NCBI GenBank assembly: GCA_048940925.1 | Contig: JBHLOC010000025.1 | Location: forward strand, 6,016 to 70,015 | Length of the DNA: 64,000 nt | Source of the DNA: Promethearchaeota archaeon | GTDB taxonomy: Archaea; Asgardarchaeota; Lokiarchaeia; Sigyniarchaeales; SOKP01 | Reading direction: 5' to 3' | Shown here: piece after piece, positions 36,273 through 46,930 of the stretch | Layout: the number at the start of each line of letters is the position of its first letter | Numbering within the stretch: position 1 is the first letter of the stretch | Position numbers and translations under genes: made by a program | Notes under the pieces: model-generated | Databases searched by the model: none | Seen by the model: the letters and a program-made list of their open reading frames with translations, nothing else | What the model was told of the DNA's origin: nothing

Positions 36273-38078
36273 TTGATTTCAAGTGTAAAAGAAAGTTATA
36301 GAAACATAAAGGAAAAGTATATGAGTATAAATGAATTTCACAGGAATATAATTTTAACAATTTTTATTGCTATTATCTGTTTATTTGTTGGATTATATAT
36401 AATTTTTGTATTTACTCGTCTGTTACCTGTAGATCCTGTGGCTTCTTATTTAGCTGCTAGGGGGATACATAATCCTGCAGAAGGAGCTTATCAACAAATG
36501 AAATGTCAGTTAGGGTTTTGTGATTCTATAACAGTACAATATTTTAAATATATTAGCGATTTTTTTACAGGTAATTGGAGGATATCAGTTTCTTTATATT
36601 CTGGGACAAAAGTTACTGATATATTTGGAGAAACAATTCCAAAAACATTGGGATTAATTTCATTACCGTTGATAATAGGAGGAGGATTCGGATTTTTCCT
36701 AGGAAGGATTTCATCAAGAAACAGAGGTACAGGGAAAGATAAAATTATTCAAGTATTTAGCATTTTAGGAATATCACTTCCTATATTTTTCCTTTGCGGA
36801 ATATTTCAATATGCTCTATGTTATGAGTTAAAGATATGTGAACCTACAGGAATTTCAGCGTTACCTATAGAAATCTTAACTTTCACCCTAACAGCATTTA
36901 TTACTTGGCAAGTTCGCTCCTATTTGACTAATAAATCATATGAAAAATCGCTACTTTTAAATACAATTAAAACAGGAATAAGTTTTAGTTATATCTTTAT
37001 GTTTTGGTTATTAGTAGAAGTTACTTTTAACATATATGGATTTGGTACAATTTTAATATATGCAATTTCGCAGTATGATTATTTTCTTATAAGGGGAAGT
37101 TTGTTCTTAATAATTATAATGTTTGTTATAGTTACAATAAGTTCTAATTTGATCTTCAGCATCTATATGTCTCGAAGAAGTAAATCCTTTGAATATAATA
37201 CAGAACCGAAATTTGATGATACAACAGACAAAGGAGAGAATAGTATTGAAAGCAATCCTGAAGAGAATATAAAAGAGTTTTTACGACGTAGATTGAAATC
37301 TCCTTTCTTTATCCTTGGTGCAATTTTAATAATATTTTTTATTTTTATTGCAATATTCCCTCAATTGATGACACAATATTCTTTATCAGAGACTTTAAAT
37401 CCTTCTTCTGATTTATGGAACCCTCCATCTTCAGAACACCCTTTGGGGCAAACAGTATCAGGACTAGATGTATATGCATTAATAATTTGGGGTATACATG
37501 ATTCAATAATAGTAGGTTTTTTAGCCGTTCTTATAGGTTTGATAGGGGGAAGTATATTCGGATTTATTGCTGGAAAATTTAATCGATGGGGATATAGGAT
37601 AATTATGGGGCTCATGATATTTTTCTATATTTTTCCAGGAATAGTTCTTGTTATACTGTTAATAGATTCTAGTCTACTTTTCTATGGACCTTTCTATTGG
37701 TATGGGTCATTGTTTATTGGGATTTTATTAATTCCTAATTTCACGAGAGTAATTGCTAATGCAATTTCAGGGGAAATTAATATACATAAAATAAGTAAAG
37801 CTGTAATTAGTCAAATCCCGTTAAATTTCGCTATATTTATCGTAATTTATACCACAGTAGGGTTTTTAGGATTATACACATTATATTCTGTTTTAGAGCT
37901 ACAAAATCAGCCAATCCAATTAGGAAGTATTGTTAATATGGGAAGTCAAATACTTCCTGATGCGCCATGGGCTAGTTTCTGGCCAGGACTTACAATTTTT
38001 GGTATAGTTCTGAGTTTTCTTCTTTTTCATGTTGGATTACAGGATTACCAATCGAAGAATCGAATTAAAATTGAATAA
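36273..38078 (+). CDS. Fused DppB-like + DppC-like ABC permease, degenerate coupling loops
   Basis: The N-terminal half is paralogous to 23797..24828 (ARGIHNPAEGAYQQMKCQLGFCD vs AAGIHNPAQGLYQQMKCQLGLCD). A charged linker follows. The C-terminal half begins with the OppC-type EHPLGQTVSGLDVYALIIWG. No recognisable EAA-loop consensus in either half. The ATG at 36321 is a likelier start than the TTG at 36273. Confidence 0.7.
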   Translation: MISSVKESYRNIKEKYMSINEFHRNIILTIFIAIICLFVGLYIIFVFTRLLPVDPVASYLAARGIHNPAEGAYQQMKCQLGFCDSITVQYFKYISDFFTGNWRISVSLYSGTKVTDIFGETIPKTLGLISLPLIIGGGFGFFLGRISSRNRGTGKDKIIQVFSILGISLPIFFLCGIFQYALCYELKICEPTGISALPIEILTFTLTAFITWQVRSYLTNKSYEKSLLLNTIKTGISFSYIFMFWLLVEVTFNIYGFGTILIYAISQYDYFLIRGSLFLIIIMFVIVTISSNLIFSIYMSRRSKSFEYNTEPKFDDTTDKGENSIESNPEENIKEFLRRRLKSPFFILGAILIIFFIFIAIFPQLMTQYSLSETLNPSSDLWNPPSSEHPLGQTVSGLDVYALIIWGIHDSIIVGFLAVLIGLIGGSIFGFIAGKFNRWGYRIIMGLMIFFYIFPGIVLVILLIDSSLLFYGPFYWYGSLFIGILLIPNFTRVIANAISGEINIHKISKAVISQIPLNFAIFIVIYTTVGFLGLYTLYSVLELQNQPIQLGSIVNMGSQILPDAPWASFWPGLTIFGIVLSFLLFHVGLQDYQSKNRIKIE

Positions 38079-38087
38079 AAAGATTGG

Positions 38088-38339
38088 CTAGAATAAGTCT
38101 GGGTGCATTTTTTCGATATTTTCCATAGCTTCAGTAAATAAAGTCTGTAATATCATATTATCATAAACATAGATATTTTCTATTATATAATCTAAAATGT
38201 CATTAGCTATTCTCTTATCTTTGTTAGTATAGTTTTCCATTTTAGATTTAAATAAGATATTAAATTCTTCTTTCAGCCAATCTAATTCCCCTCTTAGATC
38301 TTCTTCTAAGATTTCATAATACTTAACGCTAATTTTCAT
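38088..38339 (-). CDS. Small acidic hypothetical protein
   Basis: 83-aa ORF with helical, E/D/K-rich composition. Confidence 0.4.
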   Translation of the reverse strand: MKISVKYYEILEEDLRGELDWLKEEFNILFKSKMENYTNKDKRIANDILDYIIENIYVYDNMILQTLFTEAMENIEKMHPDLF

Positions 38340-38615
38340 AAATATACCTCAACCTTATAATCTTTTTATAAATCTCCTTTTCTGTTATATAAAATAAATT
38401 GAAAATGCTATAAATAATTTATAGAGACCAGTTTTTATATAACAAATCCCCATATCATCTAATAAGAATTAAAATAATTAAACCCCCAAAAATATCAATT
38501 TTGATAAGGTAATTTTTACAATAGAGTTCAATTTTAATATATAAGTTTTTAAAAAATGACGTTTAATTTGTGTTATCTTAAAGAATTTATAAAAATAGAA
38601 GAGAGTTGAAAATAA

Positions 38616-39143
38616 ATGGGAGGTAAATGGATAGGTATTTTTCCTGTTATATGTGTAGTGTTATTGATTGTCTCTTTGTTTTTACCAATAATGGGTTTAA
38701 GTATTTTTAGTTCTGGAGTCATAGATCCCGCTATAACTGGAAATATTATGCCTTTTGGAGGAGGATTATTGAATGAGCTTGACCCTTATGTTGCTACAGT
38801 TCCTGAAGCTGGTGAACTTCAAACAGCTTTTTTCTGGGTGGGAATTGTCTTTGCGGTTTTTTTTGGTCTTGATGCTTTATTCCTATTTATTAATGGGATT
38901 AGAGTTATGACTGGAAGCAAAGAACTTAAAAAGGCAAGAAAAAGATGGTTGATGGGGGGTTTATCCAGGATTATCAGTCAAGTTATATTAATCGCATTAT
39001 TATTGTTTCTTATTCCAGATCTTATAGCTGATAATTACCCTGGAGTTGAATTGACTTTTACTATTGGGTTAGGAATGATTATGGTAATGGTTGTAGGTGG
39101 AGTTTTGATTTTCGCATGGATTCTTGCTAAAATTGCTGATTAA
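38616..39143 (+). CDS. Integral membrane protein, unknown function
   Basis: 175 aa, four to five hydrophobic helices. GGAGG-like AGAGAG/GGAGG context before the ATG. Confidence 0.55.
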   Translation: MGGKWIGIFPVICVVLLIVSLFLPIMGLSIFSSGVIDPAITGNIMPFGGGLLNELDPYVATVPEAGELQTAFFWVGIVFAVFFGLDALFLFINGIRVMTGSKELKKARKRWLMGGLSRIISQVILIALLLFLIPDLIADNYPGVELTFTIGLGMIMVMVVGGVLIFAWILAKIAD

Positions 39144-39218
39144 ATATATAATATTTCTCTAATTTTTTTTGGGTTTTAATTAGTATCAGATCTCTGTTTT
39201 TCCTTATCCATTGACAAA

Positions 39219-40931
39219 TTATAAATTTTTTAAAACTCCTGACATATGCGCCCAACTGTTACCCCAATTTTCCCAACCTCGTGAATCAGAATTCCATACA
39301 TCAATTTCAAAACCGGAAAATAACCAAGCTACGGGGTAAAGTTCTTCAATAAGACGTTCTTGAATTTTATAATATAATTCTTTTCTTACCGTTTCATCAG
39401 TTTCCACCAAAGCCTTGTCAATCCATTGTTGGACAACTGTGTCATTAGTATGTTGATCATTAACAAACCCATCGCTTTTACTTGAAAATAGGGGATTTAT
39501 GTTGGTACTAGGATCATTAAAATCTGGACTCCAATACCTAGACCACCACAATGCATCTGATGTGGAATTCACAATAAAATCATCTCTTGTCCTAGGAATG
39601 CGGTCTATATGTATTCCAATCTGTTTGAGATTTTCTTTGACCACCAGTGTAAGATTTGCTGTGTACCACCCAGCTCCTGGCATACCAAAGAGATAGGAAA
39701 TATTGTATGTTTCAAGTGGATTGGTACTACTTGCTATTGCTTCCCACTCATTTCCAGAAGTGATATTATCATTAGCACTGAGACCTGCCGTTCCAGGCCA
39801 CTTAGCGTCTATAAGAATTTGTCTTGCTTTTGAAACGTTGTAAAAAGGTACATCAAAAGCAGTCCAGTTAGCATAAAGCAATCCTTTTGAGATTGGCGAC
39901 ATTAACCTTGGTACTGATATATTTTTCGGATAAGAATATTTTTCAAAAATGGAAGTATAATTTAAAGCATATGAAATTGCTTTCCTCATAGTAACATTTA
40001 TTCGATTATTATCCATTCCAAGGTATTCGATAGATGTGACTTCACGTATATTGAAAATAATATTTGGATCCCTGCTATAATTTTCAAGATATAAAATCCT
40101 ACCTGGAGGAGAGATCATAGCAAAATGAGTTTCTCCATATAAGATTCGTTCACTACAGTTTTCCATGGATTCAGTTGAGCTAAAGTCCGTATATAAGAAT
40201 ACAAATCTTTCAATTCTAGGCTCAGGTATGCCCCAATATTTATGATTAGCAATTATCGTAGTATTTTTATATCGTATATTGGATTCAAATTTATAAGGTC
40301 CTGTTCCAATTAATTTTTCATTATCATTAAGGAATCTATTAGCAGGAGTTGATGCGGGTGATAAAATATGGGCTGATAAATGGGTTAATAGTGCCCTAAA
40401 TGGAACGTAGGGCCTATTCAACACAAATCTTACAGTGTAATCGTCCAAAACTAGAGTTTTATTAAGAATAGGTATACCATCTGCATGATACCATATATAA
40501 GAATACCCATGAGGAAAAGTCATATTAGGCAATAATCGAAGTAGTCTATCAAAATTCCACTTGACTGCTGTGGCGTTAAATGGTGTACCATCATGAAATT
40601 TAATCCCCTTTCTAAGAGGACAGGTAAAATTTAGACTATCCTTGCTCCATTCCCCTTTTAATGCCAAGTATGGAACATTATCATAATAGTTACCGGTCCA
40701 TTTTTCGTTAAATAATGGCTCAACAATTTGACTTGGCACGAGATCTTGATCAATGTAATATGGATTGAGAGAGTCAATACTTTCCAAACCTCCAAAACAC
40801 CCAAAAATGAAAGTTTTCTCCTCGCTTTGACCCAATAAAAACACAACACCACCAACTATTCCTGCGATTGCTACAGCTCCAATTAATCCTCCGACCACGA
40901 TAATTTTATGTTCAGCAAAAATCTTCTTCAA
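39219..40931 (-). CDS. ABC transporter substrate-binding protein, family 5 (peptide/nickel), membrane-anchored
   Basis: 570 aa. N-terminal TM anchor (IIVVGGLIGAVAIAGIVGGVVFLL) and overall SBP_bac_5-like blocks (KFHDGTPFNA, GTGPYKF, LGMDNN). TTG start. Confidence 0.8.
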   Translation of the reverse strand: MKKIFAEHKIIVVGGLIGAVAIAGIVGGVVFLLGQSEEKTFIFGCFGGLESIDSLNPYYIDQDLVPSQIVEPLFNEKWTGNYYDNVPYLALKGEWSKDSLNFTCPLRKGIKFHDGTPFNATAVKWNFDRLLRLLPNMTFPHGYSYIWYHADGIPILNKTLVLDDYTVRFVLNRPYVPFRALLTHLSAHILSPASTPANRFLNDNEKLIGTGPYKFESNIRYKNTTIIANHKYWGIPEPRIERFVFLYTDFSSTESMENCSERILYGETHFAMISPPGRILYLENYSRDPNIIFNIREVTSIEYLGMDNNRINVTMRKAISYALNYTSIFEKYSYPKNISVPRLMSPISKGLLYANWTAFDVPFYNVSKARQILIDAKWPGTAGLSANDNITSGNEWEAIASSTNPLETYNISYLFGMPGAGWYTANLTLVVKENLKQIGIHIDRIPRTRDDFIVNSTSDALWWSRYWSPDFNDPSTNINPLFSSKSDGFVNDQHTNDTVVQQWIDKALVETDETVRKELYYKIQERLIEELYPVAWLFSGFEIDVWNSDSRGWENWGNSWAHMSGVLKNL

Positions 40932-41163
40932 TTTAGGAAATTTCTTCTTATCTTTAGGTTTTCCTATTTCATTTTCACCCTCAAAATTAATTTAAAAAAT
41001 ATATGGTATCTATATTGAATTTTAATATAAGTAATAATTCATTAATTGAATTATCGAGTTATTAAATCTTACGATCATATAAAAAATAACGTAAGGTTGA
41101 GATATTACTTCAATTAAAAGTATCTCTTATCTAAATAAGTGAAATATTACAAAATTTAGGGAT

Positions 41164-42171
41164 GTGATTTGTACCATGGTGAACAAAAGAATAGTAGCAA
41201 TTATTCTTGTACTTATTTTTGGTTTTAGTATGACTATCTCTATTCCTATTATTATTCTTTCAGCTGGTTTCTCACCTTTAGTTACAATTGTGGAAACAAT
41301 TAGATTTGAAGATACAAAATATAACTCTTCTGCTGTTGAAGAATTAAATCTTATTGCAGACGTAGGGAATATTAAAATCCAATATATTACTTTGCCAGTT
41401 GAATATTGCGCAATGATAGAAGTTAATTTTGACATGGTTGGGTATAACCTCTTTGGTAGAACTTCTTCTTATTATTTCAATTTTCCTGAAAATAAGAGCT
41501 TTAATAATTTATTCAATTTAGAACTACAATCAGACACAGATTGGTTTGATACTTCAAAATGGATTAAGCAAAATGTAAGTATTGTTGTGTCTATTAATTC
41601 AAACATCCTATTTAATATTAATACGACTATAAGGGAAGAGGGGGATGTTAATATCTATGTCTCAGGCGGAACTATTATCAATAATATTGATGTAAACATT
41701 AAAACAGGTGACATTGTATATGATTTAATTTTTTGTTCAATGAGAGGAAATATTATTGGAAATGTTGATTCAGGGGATATTACTTTAAAGGCTAATAATG
41801 TTAAATACACTCAAAATAATATATGGAATTTAACTAATAATAAAGGTAAAATTGCTCTTGATATAATTCAAACTAGGCTTATGGGTGCTAATTTGACGGG
41901 TACAGGAGAATCAAATTCAGGAAAAATAATCTTAAAATATCGGGATTATTCATCTGATATTGGAGCAATATTCAAATTTTACAATTCTTCGGAGGTTGAT
42001 TGGCATACTTTAGATAATGTTTGGAGAGATTTTAACGGACCAATTCCTCTTGGGCATAACGGGGCGATATTTAAATCCTATGATTTTCCAAACAATTTTA
42101 ACTATGATTTTTCCTTTTTTATAGCATATTCAAATCCCAAAAAATATAAGATAAACCTTACCAGTGTTTAA
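41164..42171 (+). CDS. Membrane-anchored extracytoplasmic protein with beta-helix-like repeats (DUF4097-like by eye)
   Basis: N-terminal TM helix, then repeated GD[IV]x[IVL] turns (GDVNIYVSGG, GDIVYDL, GDITLKAN, GKIALDI, GKIILKY). The ATG at 41176 is the likely true start. Confidence 0.45.
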   Translation: MICTMVNKRIVAIILVLIFGFSMTISIPIIILSAGFSPLVTIVETIRFEDTKYNSSAVEELNLIADVGNIKIQYITLPVEYCAMIEVNFDMVGYNLFGRTSSYYFNFPENKSFNNLFNLELQSDTDWFDTSKWIKQNVSIVVSINSNILFNINTTIREEGDVNIYVSGGTIINNIDVNIKTGDIVYDLIFCSMRGNIIGNVDSGDITLKANNVKYTQNNIWNLTNNKGKIALDIIQTRLMGANLTGTGESNSGKIILKYRDYSSDIGAIFKFYNSSEVDWHTLDNVWRDFNGPIPLGHNGAIFKSYDFPNNFNYDFSFFIAYSNPKKYKINLTSV

Positions 42172-42264
42172 AAAAAATATAATCTTATTTTATTATATTA
42201 TTTACTTGTCATAAGAATATTTAATAAGTCTATTTAGGTTCTAAAAAGCTAATTTATTATTATA

Positions 42265-44073
42265 TTAAACAATCTCTTTCATTTTTTCAATATATTCTAA
42301 AGATTGATGACGAAAATAAATATTATAGAGGTCAGCATACGTCCCTTCCTTAGCCATTAATTCATCATGATTGCCTTCTTCTGCAATGTGCCCATGATCC
42401 AACACAATTATTCTATCTACATGACGCACAGTCCAGAGCCTATGAGCTATTATAATTGATGTGCGTCCTTCAATCGTTTTTTGTAACGCATCTTGGATGC
42501 GAGTTTCTGTGAAAGGATCAACTGAAGCAGTAGCTTCATCTAAGATAAGAATAGCAGGATCTTCTAATAGAACTCGAGCAAAAACTACTAATTGTCGTTG
42601 ACCCATTGAAAGGTGACTACCTCTTTCACCAACGTCTGTTTCTAATCCCTTTGGTAGATCTTCAATCCAATCAGAACCACTAGTTACATTTAATGAATTA
42701 TAAACATCTTCTTTTTGTGCATCTCTACAACAATATTTTATATTATTGTCGATTGAATCTGCAAAAAGGAATGGTGTTTGAGGTATAATACCAATTTGTT
42801 TACGGTATTCTTTAAGATCATAGTTTCTGATGCTTATACCATCTATTAAAATATCGCCTCCTTGAAATTCATAAAATCTTGCTAAAAGTTTTGCTAAACT
42901 AGACTTTCCAGCACCAGTATGCCCAACGATTGCTATTGATTCTCCTGATTTAATTGATAGATTAAAGTTATTAAAAACATTTTTATTTTTTTCATAGTGG
43001 AATGTTAAGTTTCTAATTTCTATATTTCCTTTTAATCTAGTAGGCTTAATATTATCATGTTGAATTACTAATGGTTGGGCATCTACTAAAGCAAAAATAC
43101 GCTCAGATGCCGCCATTCCAGCTTGAAATGTAGGCCAAAATGCAGCAATCGATAATAAAGGAAAAAATAAATAATTTAAGCCTTGGAGAAATAAATTTAG
43201 GTCTCCAGCACTTATCGTTCCTCCTAAAACACCACTACCTCCAAAAAATACTAATAAAGTTATAACAATTCCTTGTATGATTCCTAAGGCTGGGAAGATG
43301 GCATTTAATATAAACGCTCTTCTTAAATTGACCTTATAAGAAGTGTCATTTACATTATTGAACTTTTCATATAATTTTTCTTCCTGACGAAAGGTTTTTG
43401 CTATTTGAATACCAGAGAAGCTTTCTTTAACAAAATCATTAACAGAAGCAAGAGCTCTTTGACCCAATAAAGTCTTATTTCTAGCTATTTTTCGAAATGA
43501 TAATGCTAGTAAAACAAATATTGGAATTGCAATGATTATTGCTGATGTTAATATAATATTTATAAAGAACATAAAAATAAGTAAAAAGAAGAGAATCAAG
43601 ATTGAAGATATTAATTGAATAGACAAATCGACAGTTGTTCCGAAAGTTTCACTATCTGAATTTACTCGACTAACTATTTTACCTGTTGGATTTCTGTCAA
43701 AAAAAGTAAGGTCATGATTTAAAACTGCATCTGCTGCATCTTTTCTCAGATCTAAAACAACACCGCCTATAACTCGAAAAGCATATCGTTGTTGAAAATA
43801 ATTAAAAACCCAACTTAATAAATTAAAAATAAGAATAAGAATAATGATTAAGAATATATAGAAAATATTCCTGTTCGCCTCTAAATTATTAATAATTATA
43901 CTAGTTAGAACTGGGACAACGGCAGAAGTAATAGATGCGATGGTTATAAAAAAAATAACTATCGTCATTGATCGCTTAAATGGACGGAAATAAGATAAAA
44001 TACGCTTTAATAAAACCCTATCAGAAATTTCACGATCATATTCTTCAGCTTCTAAATCCCACCCATATGCCAA
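42265..44073 (-). CDS. ABC exporter half-transporter (TMD-NBD), MdlB/MsbA-like
   Basis: Six N-terminal TM helices. Walker A GHTGAGKSS, signature LSMGQRQ, Walker B ILILDEATAS. TTG start 9 nt after a GGAGG. Confidence 0.9.
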   Translation of the reverse strand: MAYGWDLEAEEYDREISDRVLLKRILSYFRPFKRSMTIVIFFITIASITSAVVPVLTSIIINNLEANRNIFYIFLIIILILIFNLLSWVFNYFQQRYAFRVIGGVVLDLRKDAADAVLNHDLTFFDRNPTGKIVSRVNSDSETFGTTVDLSIQLISSILILFFLLIFMFFINIILTSAIIIAIPIFVLLALSFRKIARNKTLLGQRALASVNDFVKESFSGIQIAKTFRQEEKLYEKFNNVNDTSYKVNLRRAFILNAIFPALGIIQGIVITLLVFFGGSGVLGGTISAGDLNLFLQGLNYLFFPLLSIAAFWPTFQAGMAASERIFALVDAQPLVIQHDNIKPTRLKGNIEIRNLTFHYEKNKNVFNNFNLSIKSGESIAIVGHTGAGKSSLAKLLARFYEFQGGDILIDGISIRNYDLKEYRKQIGIIPQTPFLFADSIDNNIKYCCRDAQKEDVYNSLNVTSGSDWIEDLPKGLETDVGERGSHLSMGQRQLVVFARVLLEDPAILILDEATASVDPFTETRIQDALQKTIEGRTSIIIAHRLWTVRHVDRIIVLDHGHIAEEGNHDELMAKEGTYADLYNIYFRHQSLEYIEKMKEIV

Positions 44074-44077
44074 TTTT

Positions 44078-45916
44078 CTAAGCCTCCTCGCATTGTTTAA
44101 TTAATGTATCAATTTCAACATCAAATTTTTTGACAAAAATTCGTTGATATTCTATTGAAGTTTTTAATAATTCTTCATGAGTTCCTTTAGCAACAATTTC
44201 TCCATTTTTCAATACAATTATTAAATCAGCCCATCGAATTTGACTTAAACGATGTGTGATAAGAATTGTAGTTCGATTTTTAAGGATATTTCGAATAGCT
44301 CTCTGAATTTTATCCTCAGTATTAGAATCTATTGCTGAAGTAGAATCATCTAAAATTAAAATTTTAGGATCGACAAGAAAGGCACGAGCAATAGCAATTC
44401 TTTGTCTTTCACCTCCACTTAATTGAACACCTCTCTCTCCAACTTCAGAATGATATTGGTTTGGTAAATTCGAGATAAACTCGTGTGCTTGCGCTTCTTT
44501 TGCCACTTTAATGACTTGTTCAATTGAGCCTGTATGACCAAATGAAATGTTTTCAAAAATGGTTGTAGAAAACAAAAATACTTCCTGATCTACATAAGAA
44601 ATTTGATTTCTTAACGATTTTAAGGCATACTCACGGATGTCAACATTATTAATCAGAATTCTGCCCTCATCAACATCATATAATCGTGAAATTAATTTTG
44701 TCAAAGTTGTTTTACCTGATCCAGTAGTCCCTACTATTGCTAAAGTTTGACTAGGTTTAACTTCAAAACTTATATTCTTTAATACTGGTTTTTCACTTCC
44801 AGGATAACTAAAAGTCACATTTTCGAATTTAATAGCACCGTTAATTTCCTTTTTATAACCCTCAACATTTTCATCAATTTCTGTTTTTTTATTCATTAAT
44901 TCAAGTAACCTCTGAGCACTTGAAACTGCTAGTCTTATGATTGCAAAAACAAAAATAGATATTGATGTAGGGAAACGTAATAATGCTAATAGACCTAAAT
45001 AACCAATTATTTGTCCAATATTCATCAGACCCATAAAATTAAGGATTATAGCATGTAAGAGACCACCAGTGATAGTCAAGGCTAAAATTAGTAATGGAAG
45101 ATATTTGGCTTCAATATCTCCTTCTTCAACATATGCATTTCTATAATTATTAGCATCATCAAAATATTTTTGACTTTCTTTAGTTTCTTGGGCTGTTGCT
45201 TTAACAACTTCAATTCCAGTTAATGTTTCATTCAATGTTGCATTCATCATCCCATAAAAACCACGTAATTTCCCAGTAACTGGCCCAATTTTTCTGATAT
45301 ATGATCTTAGAGAAATAATAAATAAAATAGAAAAAATTAATGGAGCTAAAATTAACTGTGAAGGATAAAAAGCGATAATATAGAAAATAGGAATTATTAA
45401 CGAGGTGAAGGACTCAAATATTAGGGAGATTGCGGGACTAATCAAAAAATTCATTGTTCGAACATCATCAGTTGCACGTGCCATCAATTCTCCAATTTTT
45501 TGTTGGTCATGAAATGATTGGCTTTTACCAAGGAGATTAGAATAGAATTCTCTTCTACAATCTCTTTCTAATCTTTGTGCTATAACTTCACGTAGCATAT
45601 AATTAGTTAGGCGCAATATAGGAGTCCCTATACTTAATAATAATATGAAAATTGTGTAGAATAGTAAACTTGATTGTTTTCCAGTTAAAAAGTCTGTAAT
45701 TGCATTTCCAATAATAACTAAAATTGCAGATGATAAATTGGCTGTAAGAATAGTGGTAAATAATACAATAATTATAAATGTTTTATTAGATCCATGAAAA
45801 ATATGAGATAATATCCATCTTCTTGAACCTTTCTGTCTTGCTTTTTCAAAAGGATCTTTTCCTGGTCTAAATTCTACATAATTAGCAGTGATCTGATTTG
45901 CTCTTGTACCCTGCAT
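44078..45916 (-). CDS. ABC exporter half-transporter (TMD-NBD), MdlA/MsbA-like partner
   Basis: Walker A GTTGSGKTT, signature LSGGERQ, Walker B ILILDDSTSA. Adjacent to its paralog, suggesting a heterodimeric exporter. Confidence 0.9.
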   Translation of the reverse strand: MQGTRANQITANYVEFRPGKDPFEKARQKGSRRWILSHIFHGSNKTFIIIVLFTTILTANLSSAILVIIGNAITDFLTGKQSSLLFYTIFILLLSIGTPILRLTNYMLREVIAQRLERDCRREFYSNLLGKSQSFHDQQKIGELMARATDDVRTMNFLISPAISLIFESFTSLIIPIFYIIAFYPSQLILAPLIFSILFIISLRSYIRKIGPVTGKLRGFYGMMNATLNETLTGIEVVKATAQETKESQKYFDDANNYRNAYVEEGDIEAKYLPLLILALTITGGLLHAIILNFMGLMNIGQIIGYLGLLALLRFPTSISIFVFAIIRLAVSSAQRLLELMNKKTEIDENVEGYKKEINGAIKFENVTFSYPGSEKPVLKNISFEVKPSQTLAIVGTTGSGKTTLTKLISRLYDVDEGRILINNVDIREYALKSLRNQISYVDQEVFLFSTTIFENISFGHTGSIEQVIKVAKEAQAHEFISNLPNQYHSEVGERGVQLSGGERQRIAIARAFLVDPKILILDDSTSAIDSNTEDKIQRAIRNILKNRTTILITHRLSQIRWADLIIVLKNGEIVAKGTHEELLKTSIEYQRIFVKKFDVEIDTLIKQCEEA

Positions 45917-46098
45917 ATTTTTATAATTATAATGGTAGGAAATTATTTCTCAAGTTATTTTGTTGAAGTACTTTATAGTTAATAGATTTGTTACCTTCAA
46001 AATATAAATTATTAATATAATTATTTCAATAAGGAGAGGATGGTTTTTTTTAAAAGATTATTTATAAATTTAAAATTAATGAGGAAAAGTTGATATAA

Positions 46099-46596
46099 AT
46101 GATAGATATTACTATTAGAAAAGCTCAAGGGGAGGATGCTGAAGAAATATCAAATATTTGGAAAGTTATATGTGCTGAGAGGAAATATTCTGCTGTAAAC
46201 TATCCTTTCACACCTGAACAAGAAAAAGATTATATACTTTCTTTATCTGAACGTGAAATCATTTTTAAAGCCGAAACAAAAGATCAAATTATTGGTTTCC
46301 AATCATTAGACAAATGGGCAAATTATACAGATTCATTTGATCACGTTGGAACAATTGGAACTTTTATTCTTCCTAAATGGCGAGGATATGGAATTGGAAG
46401 AGAATTAGCTATTAAAACGTTTCAGTTTGCCCGCAAACATGAATATGAAAAACTTGTTATATATGTCCGAGCAAAAAATACAGGTGCGATAGAATTTTAT
46501 AAAAATCTAGGTTTTATCCAAAAAGGTGTGCTTTCAAAACAAGTCAAAATTGATGGTATTTATGAAGATGAGATTTTTATGGAATTTTTTCTATAG
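46099..46596 (+). CDS. GNAT-family N-acetyltransferase (phosphinothricin/methionine-sulfoximine acetyltransferase-like by eye)
   Basis: IRKAQGEDAEEISNIW.., acetyl-CoA loop RGYGIGREL, NTGAIEFYKNLGF, KIDGIYEDEIFMEF. Confidence 0.75.
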   Translation: MIDITIRKAQGEDAEEISNIWKVICAERKYSAVNYPFTPEQEKDYILSLSEREIIFKAETKDQIIGFQSLDKWANYTDSFDHVGTIGTFILPKWRGYGIGRELAIKTFQFARKHEYEKLVIYVRAKNTGAIEFYKNLGFIQKGVLSKQVKIDGIYEDEIFMEFFL

Positions 46597-46930
46597 ACTT
46601 TTCACTCAATACTTATTAACCCATTAATAAGAAAGAATGGTTACATTTTGTTAAGGAACAATTTAAATATAATAACTTTCATTAAATAATTGTGTCGGAA
46701 AGAGAAATTGCTTATGATTTAAGATTGGAAGATCAATTAGAGGAAGTAAAGTTAAAAATATGGATGAATGAAGAATTACAAATTCAACCAAAACATTATC
46801 ATCACTCAATTAAGAAAAATTTCCTAAAATTTTTAAATAGATTTTAGCTCTGTTTTTATTTTTCCTTCTTTTTACGATTTAAAATAGAGTTAGTTGTTTA
46901 TGAATTTTTATTGTTTATCAATTAATATGC

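Noticed and set aside
46692-46850. GTG-initiated 52-codon ORF (VSEREIAYDLRLEDQLEEVKLKIWMNEELQIQPKHYHHSIKKNFLKFLNRF) in the spacer after the GNAT gene, and a 41-codon ORF at 56724-56849.
   Set aside because: Both are short, have no clear ribosome-binding site or recognisable motif, and lie in AT-rich spacers where such ORFs arise by chance.
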